Shown piece after piece: positions 1 to 11,250 of a stretch of 64,000 nucleotides of DNA. The notes under the pieces are model-generated. The model was not told the DNA's origin and searched no databases. It saw only the letters and a program-made list of their open reading frames with translations. The stretch's first letter is position 1, and each line of letters begins with the position of its first letter. A program made the position numbers and the translations under genes. Origin of the DNA: Chiloscyllium plagiosum (lineage: Eukaryota); assembly GCF_004010195.1 (NCBI RefSeq), contig NC_057760.1, positions 1,506,963 through 1,570,962 on the forward strand. Reading direction: 5' to 3'.

Positions 1-390
1 TTATAGTCCAACAGGTTTAATTTGAAGCACACTAGCTTTCGGAGCGACGCTCCTTCATCAGGTGGTAGTGGAGGGCTCGATCGTAACACGGAATTCATAG
101 CAAAAATTTACAGTGTGATGTAACTGAAATTATACATTGAAACATTGATTGTCTGTTAAGCCTTTCATCTGTTAGAATACAGTGATAGTTTCATTTCTTT
201 CATGTGTAAATCACAAAACCTTTTCTTTAAAGTTGCATTCTCGGATTAGCTGTTAACAATGGTGATAGCTAGACAATAGGTTGAAGGTGTTAGCCCCCTG
301 TGTTCTAATTAAACCTGTTGGACTATAACCTGGTGTTGTATGATTTTTAACTTTGTACACCCCCAGTCCAACACCAGCATCTCCAAATCA
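1..390. mobile_element. Penelope-like terminal-repeat remnant (family 'B'), fold-back arrangement, cut by window edge
   Basis: 1-20 TTATAGTCCAACAGGTTTAA is the reverse complement of 309-328. It has a hammerhead motif on the minus strand, and the same sequence family recurs at 31870, 44880 and 56755. Confidence 0.75.
30..64 (-). ncRNA. Minimal type I hammerhead ribozyme motif (PLE-associated)
   Basis: Minus strand reads CAC-CUGAUGA-A-GGAGC/GUC/GCUCC-GAAA-GCUA-GUG: intact core, 5-bp helix II, palindromic AGCU in place of helix III, and CAC/GUG helix I. Confidence 0.75.
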
Positions 391-540
391 TGACTCCCTC
401 AGCACAGCTGTAATGCTATCCCTTATCAAAAATGCCACTCCCCCTCCTCTTTTGCCTCCCTTTCTATCCTTCCTGTAGCATTTGTTTCCTGGAACATTCA
501 GCTGCCAGTCCTGCCCCTCCCTGAGCCATGTGGCCACATG
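391..540 (-). mobile_element. CR1 LINE fragment (ORF2 N-terminal region)
   Basis: Resembles the endonuclease-region DNA of CR1-type elements; degenerate. Confidence 0.45.
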
Positions 541-554
541 CATGCTCTTCTTGT

Positions 555-945
555 TGGTGGAGGCCTGTGGCCAGTGGCGTGTGACAAGGATCGGTGCTGG
601 GCCCTCTACCTTTTGTCATTTACATAAATGAGTGCTAAATTGCCCGTAGTGTTAGGTAAGAGGTAAATGTAGGGGTACGGGTGGGTTGCGCTTCGGCGGG
701 CCGGTGTGGACTTGTTGGGCCGAAGGGCCTGTTTCCACACTGTAATCTAATCTAATCTAATCTAATTTGGGTGTGAACATAAGAGGTGCAGTTAGTAAGT
801 TTGCAGATGACACCAAAATTGGAGGTGTAGTGGACAGCGAAGAGGGTTACCTCAGATTACAACAGGATCTTGACCAGATGGGCCGAGAAGTGGCAGATGG
901 AGTTTAATTCAGATAAATGCGAGGTGCTGCATTTTGGGGAAAGTA
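555..945 (+). mobile_element. CR1/HER1-like LINE RT fragment interrupted by a SINE
   Basis: Encodes [30 protein letters not shown]; near-identical to 10490-10645 and 40040-40290. Confidence 0.9.
633..766 (+). mobile_element. 5'-truncated HE1-like SINE
   Basis: GCTAAATTGCCCGTAGTG...GGGCCGAAGGGCCTGTTTCCACACTG followed by a (TAATC)n tail. Confidence 0.85.
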
Positions 946-1503
946 TTTACGCAAATAAGAAAATTCAGGAACTCTATGAGTTGCCATGTCCTTCTCAAGG
1001 GGGCAACTAGGGACAGGCAACAAATGCTGGAGATGCCCAAATGCCACAGATAGTCTACTCTGCCTCTAGTTACAGACTTGCCTGCTTCCCACCCTGTTAC
1101 ATTGTCCACTTGAAAGTTTTGGGGATGAGGTGCCTGCCCCTTTAAGAGTTACTGGCTCCGCCCACTCCCAGGTAGGGGGCGTGGCACAACGCGACACCGC
1201 CCACTGAGGCCCGACCAATGGGAGACCGCTCCCGCTCACACGTGACTGAACGCTTCCACCGTTGGAGCCGGTCGCAAAATTGGTTTATTTTTTTTTAAAT
1301 AAAAGAAGCGAAGAAAGTGATCTTAAATCGACCCGAGACATTTCCCAAGGCGAGATAAACAGCCATCCGATACCTTTTAGGCGGGTCGCGGCCTTTATTT
1401 AAGAATTGAATAGAGAGCCGGTGTTTACCTGCCGCGGGGTGGGGCGGGGTTTCCGACCTTAGAGGGGGGTGGGGCGAACCCTACAGCGTGACCGGGATTC
1501 ACA

Positions 1504-2294
1504 CCAATCAGGAAAGGGTATGGGCGGGGCTGCGCCTGACGGACATACGGTTTGACCAGTCGGACGTCGGGGTAGCGTTGACGGCCGGACGCATCATGAT
1601 CGACGGTAATACCAACCAATAGCGTCGGGTGGGCCGGTGACGTGTCCGATGACGGACGGCCGTTCTCACCGATAGGAGCGGAGGAAACGCCCACACGCTT
1701 TGCGAATCCCGCTATGTGACCAATCAGAGGAGGTGTCACCGCCCCAACGTGTAATAACACCACCTACCGGGTGTCGTATGACCAATGGGAGTTCGGGGGC
1801 CTAGATGATGTATAATCACGTTGCGTGTGTCGGGGATGCACCTGATGGATCAATGGCATGCGAGGGTTGGAGCAGGTTGGATGGACAGTTCCCTGGACCA
1901 ATAAGATGTGGGTGACTGGGAGGGTCTTCAGCTATTTTGACAGACCAATGGGGACGAGTTGGATGGACAGCCCCGTGGACTTAATCAATTCAACCGTGGG
2001 CGGAGAATCAGGTAATGGACGTTTCCCTGAGCCAATGCAATAGACAGAGGCGTGTAGTGGGCGGCAACATGAGTGACGGACGTCCCTCTATCCAATGGGT
2101 GACCGGGGGCGGGCAGACACTGGTTTGGAACCCGCCTTTCCTCCAATGGGAGTGACTGGGGGCGGGCATGGGCGGGGAGTATGTCGAGACGGACGGCGGG
2201 AGCGTCCAATGGGACGTCGGGGCGCGCCGACGGACGGCCCCATGACCCAATGGGAGGAGGGAGCCGGGGCGGGCGTGGACTGTGCTGGGCCAAT
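1504..2294 (+). promoter_or_regulatory. Array of co-oriented CCAAT (NF-Y) boxes interleaved with GC boxes
   Basis: CCAAT at 1504, 1616, 1720, 1782, 1898, 1945, 2032, 2092, 2143, 2206, 2247 and 2290 (also 1215), mostly in a CCAAT(G/C)(A/G)G context. Confidence 0.85.
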
Positions 2295-2399
2295 GGCGCC
2301 GAGGGGCGCGTGGCGGGCGGGATCTCCGCCGGCGGCTGTTCGTCGCCCGTCGACGGTGGAGGAACCGAAGGGGGCGGGGAGGCGGCAATTAAAAAAGAA

Positions 2400-2564
2400 A
2401 ATAAAGAGGCGGAAAAATAAAAATAAAAGATTGGCGAAAGACCATCGGACCTTTGCACTCCCTGGCAGTTTCCTCTTCGGCGGTTGTCAGTCACGATCGG
2501 GCTGGAAAAGACTTAGTTTTACCTCAGAAAATCACTCGGCAGCAGGAAAGTGCCCAAGCCCCAG
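2400..2564 (+). other. Probable non-coding first exon of an unidentified gene (start approximate)
   Basis: Lies directly downstream of the CCAAT array and ends at CCCCAG|GTAAGA (GT at 2565); no ATG in 2400-2564. Confidence 0.65.
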
Positions 2565-2989
2565 GTAAGAGAAGGGCAAGGGGTTTGTGTTTTCTCACCT
2601 GCCTGCCCTGCATTCAGCAGTGAAACCGGTTTGCTGCCCTCCTGCCCGTCCCATCTTGACATTTCAAGGTCAAGGGTCAAAGGTCAGGGTGCATTGCCCC
2701 CTTTGAGGGGCTGTAATGGGGTAGGAGGTGTCTTGGAGGGGTACGGGATGGGGGCGGTACCCTCGGCGTTGCCCGCCTGGCGGGTGTTGGGGGGTCGGAG
2801 GCAGCGTGGGAGGTAGAGGGGTTGGCATGTTTCCCCCCCCCCCCCCGGGGGCCCACTGGAGTGGGCGTCCGTCTCTCCCTCTCTCTCTCCGCGTCTGCCC
2901 CTGGGGGTTGGGGACGATGGAAATAGCTGAGTGGGCGCTCGAGGGCAGGCCACCAGGTTTTCGGGCGGACCTGACCGGATCGATTCCTG

Positions 2990-3110
2990 GGGTGGCAGGT
3001 ATAACGCACCGGCTGGTCAGTATCGCTGCCTCACGGCGCCGGGGACCCGGGTTCGATTCCACCCTCGGGGCGACTCTCTGTGTGGAGTTTGCGCATTCTT
3101 TCCCCCCCCC
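2990..3110 (+). mobile_element. HE1-like SINE head (tRNA-derived), runs into gap
   Basis: GCTGCCTCACGGCGCCGGGGACCCGGGTTCGATTCC (B-box) followed by TGTGTGGAGTTTGC. Confidence 0.75.
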
Positions 3111-3115
3111 CCCCC

Positions 3116-3595
3116 NNNNNNNNNNNNNNNNNNNNNNNNNNNNNNNNNNNNNNNNNNNNNNNNNNNNNNNNNNNNNNNNNNNNNNNNNNNNNNNNNNNNN
3201 NNNNNNNNNNNNNNNNNNNNNNNNNNNNNNNNNNNNNNNNNNNNNNNNNNNNNNNNNNNNNNNNNNNNNNNNNNNNNNNNNNNNNNNNNNNNNNNNNNNN
3301 NNNNNNNNNNNNNNNNNNNNNNNNNNNNNNNNNNNNNNNNNNNNNNNNNNNNNNNNNNNNNNNNNNNNNNNNNNNNNNNNNNNNNNNNNNNNNNNNNNNN
3401 NNNNNNNNNNNNNNNNNNNNNNNNNNNNNNNNNNNNNNNNNNNNNNNNNNNNNNNNNNNNNNNNNNNNNNNNNNNNNNNNNNNNNNNNNNNNNNNNNNNN
3501 NNNNNNNNNNNNNNNNNNNNNNNNNNNNNNNNNNNNNNNNNNNNNNNNNNNNNNNNNNNNNNNNNNNNNNNNNNNNNNNNNNNNNNNNNNNNNNN
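3116..3595. other. Assembly gap (other gaps at 10646-10690, 40348-40976, 46460-46506, 60058-60081)
   Basis: Runs of N. Confidence 1.
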
Positions 3596-3754
3596 TGTGA
3601 GAAACAAAGCTCACTCACTTCAATAATTTCAGTCCGAGACAAAAATCTGAAGCAGTAGTGTCATTTATTTGTACACTTGCAAGTCACAAGGAAGGGACAA
3701 AACACACACCGAATTCGACAAACGCTCGATATTTATATAATTTGGCTTCTTTTG

Positions 3755-4130
3755 TTCTTCAGGAATGAGGAAAGTTTGTCTAGCAGGCTAAGATAAAAGG
3801 TAGGGAGGTGGGACTTGGGGGAGGGGCGTCGGAAATGTGATAGGTGGAAAGAGGTCAAGGTGAGGGTGATAGGTCAGACTGGGGTGGGGGCGGAGAGGTC
3901 GGGAAGAAGATTGCAGGTTCGGAAGGCGGTGCTGAATTCGATGGATTTGACTGAGACAAGGTGGGGGGAGGGGGAATGAGGAAACTGGTGAAATCCGAGT
4001 TCATCCCTTGTGGTTGGAGGGTTCCTAGGCGGAAGATGAGGTGTTCTTCCTCCAGCTGTCGTTTATTGTGGTCTGGCGATGGAGGAGTCCAAAGACCTGC
4101 ATATCCTTGGTGGAGTGGGAGGGGGAGTCG
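3755..4130 (-). mobile_element. Penelope-like element 3' fragment (end of GIY-YIG endonuclease plus start of terminal repeat)
   Basis: Minus strand encodes QLEEEHLIFRLGTLQPQGMNSDF, like 53850-53915; ends at CATTCCTGAAGAA, the start of the hammerhead core. Confidence 0.8.
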
Positions 4131-4709
4131 GCCGTGCTAGATTTCCTCTGTATCCAGATATGTACACAGGATGCCGTCGGCTGGTTCACTTATTTCACTG
4201 TCAGAGTTTGTTGGGGCAATGCCTTACTGCGGGGACTTCCAAAACAGCACAAAGCCGTAGCTTGACCGGTGGGTGAGAAGGGTCCATCCCAATCCTTTGG
4301 CACACCCAGCGCCTCAATCCCTCCATAAGCCAGCCTTCGAGTTGGGAAGAGATCACCATAAAGCTCCTTGCAGAATGTACATTTGCATCGCTGATCTAGT
4401 GAGAGAGACCGAGACAGACAGACACAGCGGGTACGACGGCAGACTCTGATCTCCACAGACTGCCCCCAAACCCGTGGATCGAGACAAACATCAACTCGGT
4501 TGCTCAAATTCCCTGCTGGTCTTCTGGAGCAGGGAACCGTTGGGTTCCAAGGCTACATCCCAACTTCCAGCACTACATGATGATGGATGCAGTAAAGCTG
4601 GGAGGCAGCTCTCCTAGAGGCACCCTGGGGCAAAGGATGCTCTGTCTACAACCCTCCTGTCAGCATGCACAGAGGGCCTGGTAACCCTACAGGCTGGGCA
4701 TTTGACATA

Positions 4710-4935
4710 AAAATCTAGAATTAATGATGACCGTGATTCCATTTGTTGATTGTTTGGAAAAAGCCCATCTGGTTCACTCGTGTCCTTTAGGGAAGGAAAC
4801 TGCCATCCTTACCTACCCTGGCCTACACGTGATTCCAGACGCCACAGCAATGTGGTTGACTCTTAAACTGCCCTCTGGGCATTTCGGCCTGGGCAGTAAA
4901 TGCCAGCAATGCCCACATCCCATGAATGAATTTTA
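4710..4935 (+). mobile_element. tRNA-type SINE, second family (unnamed here)
   Basis: CCCATCTGGTTCACT...CCAGACGCCACAGCAATGTGGTTGACTCTTAA...ATGAATGAA. Further copies near 5830-6145, 6475-6930, 25020, 27070, 32320-32600, 35480-35690, 39150-39590, 44555-44750, 50440-50800, 58560-58940 and 63780-63860. Confidence 0.75.
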
Positions 4936-5559
4936 AAAAGATGATTATTTTTACAAATATAACCTGTCACTGTATGTATAGTGAGTAATCCCAGATGTCA
5001 CAGATTGTATTTGCAAAAACTGATTGATTGTTTTGGCAGTTTTAGAGTTGTAGAGCATGGGAACAGACCCTTTGGTCCAACCCGTCCATGCCGACCAGAT
5101 GACCCAATCTGACCGACTCCCATATGCCAGCATCCCTCTCAACCCTTCCTATTCATGTGCCCATCCAGATGAATTTTAAAGGCTATTCTCTCTTGCTAAG
5201 TTTGATCAGCTGTGTGGTGTACCTTACAGGTTTTGTGACTAAAGAATGAATTTGGAAATTCAGGTTTGATTGGTAGGGTGCCAGGAAACAGTCACAGTGC
5301 TTTTAATCCCCACATTATGACAAGTCCACACCTGCCCTCGCCCTCCATTTTGTGCGAGACAGTCCCTGCCAGGTTGGATGCAAATGAAATGTATGTCACT
5401 CGCATTTGCAAAGTGTAGGAGGACTGACACATCTTGTTTTCTCTCATTTTAATAATGCACGGCCCGTTTTGCAATTGTTATCACATCTGAATTAAGCCAT
5501 TCAGCGAGCTTTCTATCCTTTTTGAAAAAGCAATGAATTTAAACAGCCTAAGTCAAGTC

Positions 5560-5660
5560 CTCAAAAACAGAAATTGCTGGAAAAGCTCAGCGGGTCTGGC
5601 AGCATCTGTGGAGAGAAATCAGAGTTACTTTTTCAGGGCCAGTGACCCTACCTCAGAATG
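5560..5660 (-). mobile_element. PLE terminal-repeat fragment (family 'C') with degenerate hammerhead
   Basis: AAATTGCTGGAAAAGCTCAGC...TCTGGCAGCATCTGTGGAGAGAAA is shared with 8051, 25581, 53235, 58785 and 62530. Confidence 0.65.
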
Positions 5661-6239
5661 TGTCTTTTCTTAGATAATTGGTCCGGTCTTGCAGACTGCC
5701 ACTGTACCTGGCCACCTCCCTGCTGACAGAGGGATTGCAGACGGCATTAATATGAGATGATCTGAAAATGGCAGCCTACCCCTTAAAATTGTGCTCCATT
5801 ATTCCTTTCCTGAGATGTGGGTGACACTAGGGAGGCGTTAGTCTGCTGCTATAATCACTGGACTGTAAATGCAGATTCTCACGGTGATGTTCTGGGGTTC
5901 AAATCCAGCCACAGCGGATGGTGGAATTTGAATTCAAATAAATCTGGAGTTAAGTGTCTAATGATGACCGTGAATCCATTGTTGGAAAAACCCATCTGGT
6001 TCACTGCCCTCCTTACGTGGTCTGGCCTATGTGTGAATCCAGACCCACAGCAATGCGGTTGACTCTTAAACCTCCCTCTGGGCAATTAGGGATGGACAAT
6101 AAACACTGATCTAGTCAGCAACACCCTCATCTGATGAATGAATTTTAATGCAGGCATTTATTGAACTGAGTTTGTTTCAGTACATGGTTGAAGAGCTTCA
6201 GGGCAGAGGGTTGCAGTGAGAGACAGACTCATTGAGATT

Positions 6240-6438
6240 CCTGTGGAGAGAGGAGGACTACTTCTTCGCGGTAGGCATCCTTGCAAGAGGATTCGCAGTG
6301 AGATTAAAATCAACTAGGCAAAAGTGAGGACTGCAGATGGTGGAAACCAAAGTCTAGCTCAGAATGGGTGCTGGTAAAGCACAGCAGGTCAGGCAGCATC
6401 CGAGGAGCAGGAAAATCGACGTTTCGGGCAAAAGCCCC
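6240..6438 (-). mobile_element. PLE terminal-repeat fragment (family 'A')
   Basis: Minus strand reads GGGCTTTTGCCCGAAACGTCGATTTTCCTGCTCCTCGGATGCTGCCTGACCTGCTGTGC; the hammerhead lacks its CUGANGA box. Confidence 0.75.
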
Positions 6439-7732
6439 TGTTGCTTATATTGGAGGGTGGTAATGAATCGGCCCCCTTGCTGTAGGGTCTGGAGTCACGT
6501 GTAGGCCCAGACTGGGTAAGGATGGCAAATTACTCCCCCACCCCAAATTAGTGACCCCCCGATGGGGATTTTTAACCACAATCGATGACAGTCATCACAG
6601 TCACCTGCCCAAAGACCATCTTCTGATTCCAGGTTTTATTCATTGAATGTAAATTCCACACGGAACAAACCCCTGCATTATCCTGGGGGCCTCTGGATTA
6701 TTTGCTCAGTCACATTCCCATTCCGTGCTGGAAATCTAACTTTCTGTTAGTTTACCTGGCTGGGTTTTCTTATTATTTATTCATAGGACTTGGGTCAGCA
6801 TTTATTATTCATCTCTCTAATTGTCCAGAGGGCAGTCGAAAGCCAACCCTGTTGCTGTAGGCCTGAACTCTCATGCAGGCCAGACAGGGTAAGGATGGTT
6901 GTCACCATCCCAAAAGGACATTTGTGAATTCAGTCGACTTAAGAATTAGGAGTGGAGCAAGCAATTTAACCTTTTGAGCCAGCTCCACCATTTAACATGA
7001 TCAAGGTTGATCTTATCCTGGTCTCAACTCCACTCTCCTGCCTGCTGCCCATAGCCCTTAATCATACTTTTCATCAGAAATGTATCTATTGTTGTACATG
7101 GTCATCATTAGGCTCTTAGTTCTTCTTAGACTCTTGATTCCAGATTTTTATTAAGTTCAAGTTCTACCATCTGGGTGTCCCAGTCGAAGTAGGAAACTAG
7201 GGGCGTTGTCCACTGAATGCCAAGCTGTTTCGTCCAGCTGTGTTTTTGTTTTGCTGTGTATGATTTGGAGCTGCAGCTGCTGCCATGTGGAGGAGATGTA
7301 TCAAGCATGCACCGAGAGGGTCTCCTCCATCGCATGCCCTGTGGTGGCAGTGCAGTTGCTGCAGAGCTGGGGTGGTGGTCACTGGACTGCGAGGCCAAGT
7401 CCAGTTGAGGGTTTCCTGCGGTTGGAGAATTTCCTCTGGGGCTCTCCGCCAGCTGAACTAGGGTTGGAGAACAGAAAGCGATGGTAGGGACAGAACAGGC
7501 CGAGTTTCATCATCTGTTGGGTCTCTTCTTAGGCCAGAGGAAAACCAAGCACAATGTCTTAATCTGCACCAAGGAGGCACACAGGGACCTGTGCTGCGGC
7601 TAAAGACGGAGGTTGGATTATTGCCAGTAATCCTCAGCCAAGACTTAAAAACTGGTCAGTACAGTTTTTTTTTTCCAGAATTAAAATGCTCCCCCTTTTT
7701 TTGTTCTCTCTGCTTTTTTATACTCTGCCCAG

Positions 7733-7984
7733 ATGCAAGCTTGTAGAATAAATTCTGCACCTTTCAAGGAAGGCTGTGTCCTTCAGCTCCTGCTTTCCCT
7801 TCCCTCCCTCTATCTAGCAATGCAAGGTAGTAGTGGAGGCAATATCAATTAGCCTGTCGTGGCTGTCCTGCCATGCAATGAGGTCACGTTGATCTGCAGC
7901 CGAGCTCCAGGCAGCAACCCATCCTTCTCGCCTCCCCTGCACTTTTCGGTGAAGAAAGATTTAGCAATCCCAGGAATTGGTCAG
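7733..7984 (+). other. Candidate non-coding (5'UTR) exon
   Basis: ~40-nt polypyrimidine tract plus CCCAG at 7690-7732, and CAG|GTAAAC at 7985; not obviously repeat-derived; its ATGs hit stops inside the exon. Confidence 0.45.
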
Positions 7985-8050
7985 GTAAACCTTTTTGTTG
8001 CACTCCCTGAAAGTACTGAAGAGCTGGTTCATGATTGAATTGTGCTCATC

Positions 8051-8315
8051 AAAGCAGAGCTTGCTGGAGAAACTCAGCAGATACCGCAGCGTCTGTGGAG
8101 AGAGAAACCAAGGGTTAATGTTTCGAGTTTAGTGACACTTCTTCAGAAATTTTCTGACCTACTCTGAAGAAGGGTCACACTGCAGAGGACTGAAACTTTC
8201 TGAAGATACATCACTGGGCTTGAAACGTTAAATCTTGTTTTCTCACTCCGTGGATGTTGCCAGACTTGCTGAGTTTCTCCAGTAGGTTCTATTTCTGTGT
8301 CTTTCAGATCTCCAG
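8051..8315. mobile_element. PLE family 'C' fold-back remnant
   Basis: Imperfect inverted arms ~8051-8148 and ~8197-8296, each starting at TTCTGAAGA and containing GAAAC(A/G)TTAA. Confidence 0.7.
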
Positions 8316-8669
8316 CATTGATAGTTATTTTCAGGATGGTGTGGCTATTTTGTGGGAGCTCGCAGTGTATAAATTGCTGCCTCACAATGATGACTGCCCT
8401 CCCTCAGAAATTTTCTTGAAGCACTTTGGAGAGTCCCAAGCTTGTGCGGGTGTTTCCTATTAATGTCATGATCACGTACTGTACAAAGAAAGGTCCAGAA
8501 CGATTGGAGATGGGGATGGAGAGTGTGGGAATACATCACTTCCTCTGCAGAAGTGAAGCTTTGTCCTTCATACTGACACAGGGCACTGGAAATTTTATTT
8601 TTATGTGTAAGTGGAGGGTTAGTGTCTCTTCTGCTGCACAGCAGCACATTAGAATCTGGTGTCTTGCGC

Positions 8670-8965
8670 ACGCCTGTCAAAGTGGTTAGCACTGCTGCCT
8701 CACAGCACCAGCATCCCAGGTTCGATTCCAGCCTCTGGTAACTGCAAACTCCACACAGACATTCTCCCCGTGTCTGCTTGGGTTTCCTCCGGGTGCTCCG
8801 GTTTCCTCCCACAGTCCAAAAATGTGCGGGTCAGGTGAATTGGCCACGCTAAATTGCCCGTAGTGTTAGGTGCATCAGTCAGAGGGAAATGGGTCTGGAT
8901 GGGTTACTCTTCGGAGGGTCGGTGTGGGCTGGAGGGCCTCTTTCCACACTGTAGGGAATCTAATC
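8670..8965 (+). mobile_element. HE1-like SINE, near full length
   Basis: GTGGTTAGCACTGCTGCCTCACAGC...GGTTCGATTCC...GGTTTCCTCCCACAGTCCAAA...TTTCCACACTGTAGGGA. Confidence 0.9.
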
Positions 8966-9974
8966 AAACCAGGTATATTGACCACCTGAATTGTTTGAGC
9001 AAGTTGGCCTCCCCCATCTCCCATTATAAGGTCACTGTTCATTTCCGTAGTGGCCACTTCCTCTCGCAACCCGACTTTCCAGAGAAGTCATCTGTGAAGC
9101 CTTGTTACTAAGCAGATAAATGTAGATCACCCTTCCCCTCACCGGCTGCCCATGATGCTGGTCAGAACAGGAGGAAGAAAGCAGATGAGATGGCAAGTTG
9201 GTTGCGTGAAATCAAAATTTTTGAGCAGAGGTGGAGGAGTCCAGGGACTTGGGTTAAATAGATTGAGAGGGTAGTGTCTAGTCTGAGACCCTAACTTTAT
9301 TTACCCACCTCCTTTTAGGGGTTGGCGAAGCAAAGCGGATTTTCCAGAGATGAAACACTGTTTTCATTTCTTCCTGCCTCTTTCCATTCTGCTTGACACA
9401 CGAGAGAGAGCTTGTCAGAACATGTTTCCATCCTCCTGTACCAAAGCTTGCCGGTCTCTACATAGCACTGTGCACTCTTGCAAAAAAAAAAGTCCCAGAA
9501 ATTTGGAAACGCTGAGTAATATTTTACCCAACTCGTCCCAATGGTGTGGGGGTGTGAGCAAACTGAGGTGAAAATTATCCTGAGTTTGATGCTTTCTCTT
9601 TTTTGAGGCCTGCGCTACATCCATCCCTGACTGCCAAACAAAAATTAGTGATGCTTCTTCACGACATTGTATTTGCAAATGCACCACCAGTTAGGAGCGG
9701 AAGTGGGGGCATATTTAGCCCCTCAAGGCCTGCTCTACTGTTCAATAAGATTGAGAGTTTTTGGGACTTATTCCTTGAAAAGACAGCGGAAATTAATTGA
9801 ATTAGGTTATTGTCACGTGTGCCCTCATGAATACAGTGAAAAGTTTACAAATCGCCACTTTATGGCATCATTGTAGGTACAAGGTTATACCGAGGGACAG
9901 AATCTTAGGTACACAGCAGAAAAATAAGGAAACCAAAGTTAACGGTAAATCATTACTGTGCTTCTTTCTTAGGT

Positions 9975-11250
9975 GTTGGAAGGTCGTGTTGCGGCTGTAC
10001 AGGGCATCGGTTAGGCCACTTTTGGAATATTGTGTGCAATTCTAGTCTCCTTCCTATAGGAAGGATGTCGTAAAACTTGAAAGGGTTCAGAAAAGGTTTA
10101 CAAGGATGTTGGAGGATTTGAGCAACAGGGAGAGGCTGAATAGGCAGGGGATATTTACCCTGGTGTGTCGGAGGCTGAGGGGATGTCCTTATAGAGGTTT
10201 ATAAAGTCATGAGGGGCATGGATAGGGTGAATAGACAAGGTCTTTTCTCTGGGGTGGGGGAGTCCAGAACTAGAGGGGCATAGGTTTGGGATGAGAGAGG
10301 AAAGATTTAACAAAGAGGATTGATGAGGGCAGAGCAGTAGAGCTATATGGACTTCATTAAGGCGTTCGACAAGTTTCCCCGTGGGAGACTGATTAGCAAG
10401 GTTAGATCTCATGGAATATAAGGAGAACTAGCCATTTGGATACAGAACTGACTCAAAGGTAGAAGACAGAGGGTGATGGTGGAGGGTTGTTTTTCAGACT
10501 GGAGGCCTGTGACCAGTGGAGTGCCACAAGGATCGGTGCTGGGCCCTCCACTTTTTGTCATTTACATAAATGATTTGGATGCGAGCATAAGAGGCACAGT
10601 TAGTAAGTTTGCAGATGACACCAAATTTGGAGGTGTAGTGGACAGNNNNNNNNNNNNNNNNNNNNNNNNNNNNNNNNNNNNNNNNNNNNNTGGTAAGGCC
10701 ACTGTTGGAATATTGCATGCAATTCTGGTCTCCTTCCTATTGGAAAGATGATGTGAAACTTGAAAGGGTTCAGAAAGGATTTACAAGAATGTTGCCAGGG
10801 TTGGAGGGTTTGAGCTACAGGGAGAGACTGAACAGGCTGGGGCTGTTTTCCCTGGAGCGTCGGAGGCTGAGGGGTGACCTTATAGAGGTTTATAAAACCA
10901 TGAGGGGCATGGATAGGATAAATAGACAAGGTCTTTTCCCTGGGGTGGAAGAGTCCAGAACTAGAGGGGCATAGGTTTAGAGTGAGAGGGGAAAGATAGG
11001 AAAGAGACCTAAGGGGCAACACTTTCACACGGAGGGTGGTGTGTGTATGGAATGAGCTGCCAGAGGAAGTGGTGGAGGCTGGTACAATTGTAACATTTAA
11101 AAGCATCTGGATAGTTACATGAATAGGAAGGGTTTAGAGTGAAATGGGCCAAGTTCTGGCAAATGGGACGAGATTAGGTTAGGATATCTGGGTCAGCATG
11201 GACGCGTTGGACTGAAGGATATGTTTCCATGCTGTACAGATCTATGACTA
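9975..11250 (+). mobile_element. CR1/HER1-like LINE: 3' fragment followed by RT-to-3'-end fragment
   Basis: ORFs contain [31 protein letters not shown] and EYCMQFWSPSY..LERVQKGFTRMLPGLEGLSYRERL. Confidence 0.92.

Larger units (their letters stand above)
1150..3110. promoter_or_regulatory. CpG island promoter
   Basis: High GC and CpG density against CpG-poor flanks; many GGGCGG boxes; CACGTGAC E-box at 1239-1246; followed by a strong splice donor. Confidence 0.9.

Noticed and set aside
1425..3010. Overlapping Pro/Gly/Arg-rich ORFs in the CpG island
   Set aside because: Expected from high GC content; low complexity, present in many frames, no recognisable domain.
2670..3658. Long ORFs of 190-314 aa (also 39877-41062)
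   Set aside because: Their length is inflated by N gaps; the real part at 39877 is CR1 reverse transcriptase.
8680..8735. tRNA genes at SINE heads (A/B boxes)
   Set aside because: Each continues into SINE body and tail; no independent cloverleaf is supported.
9975..11250. Apparent tandem or permuted CR1
   Set aside because: It contains an undersized N gap and near-identical repeats, so misassembly cannot be excluded.
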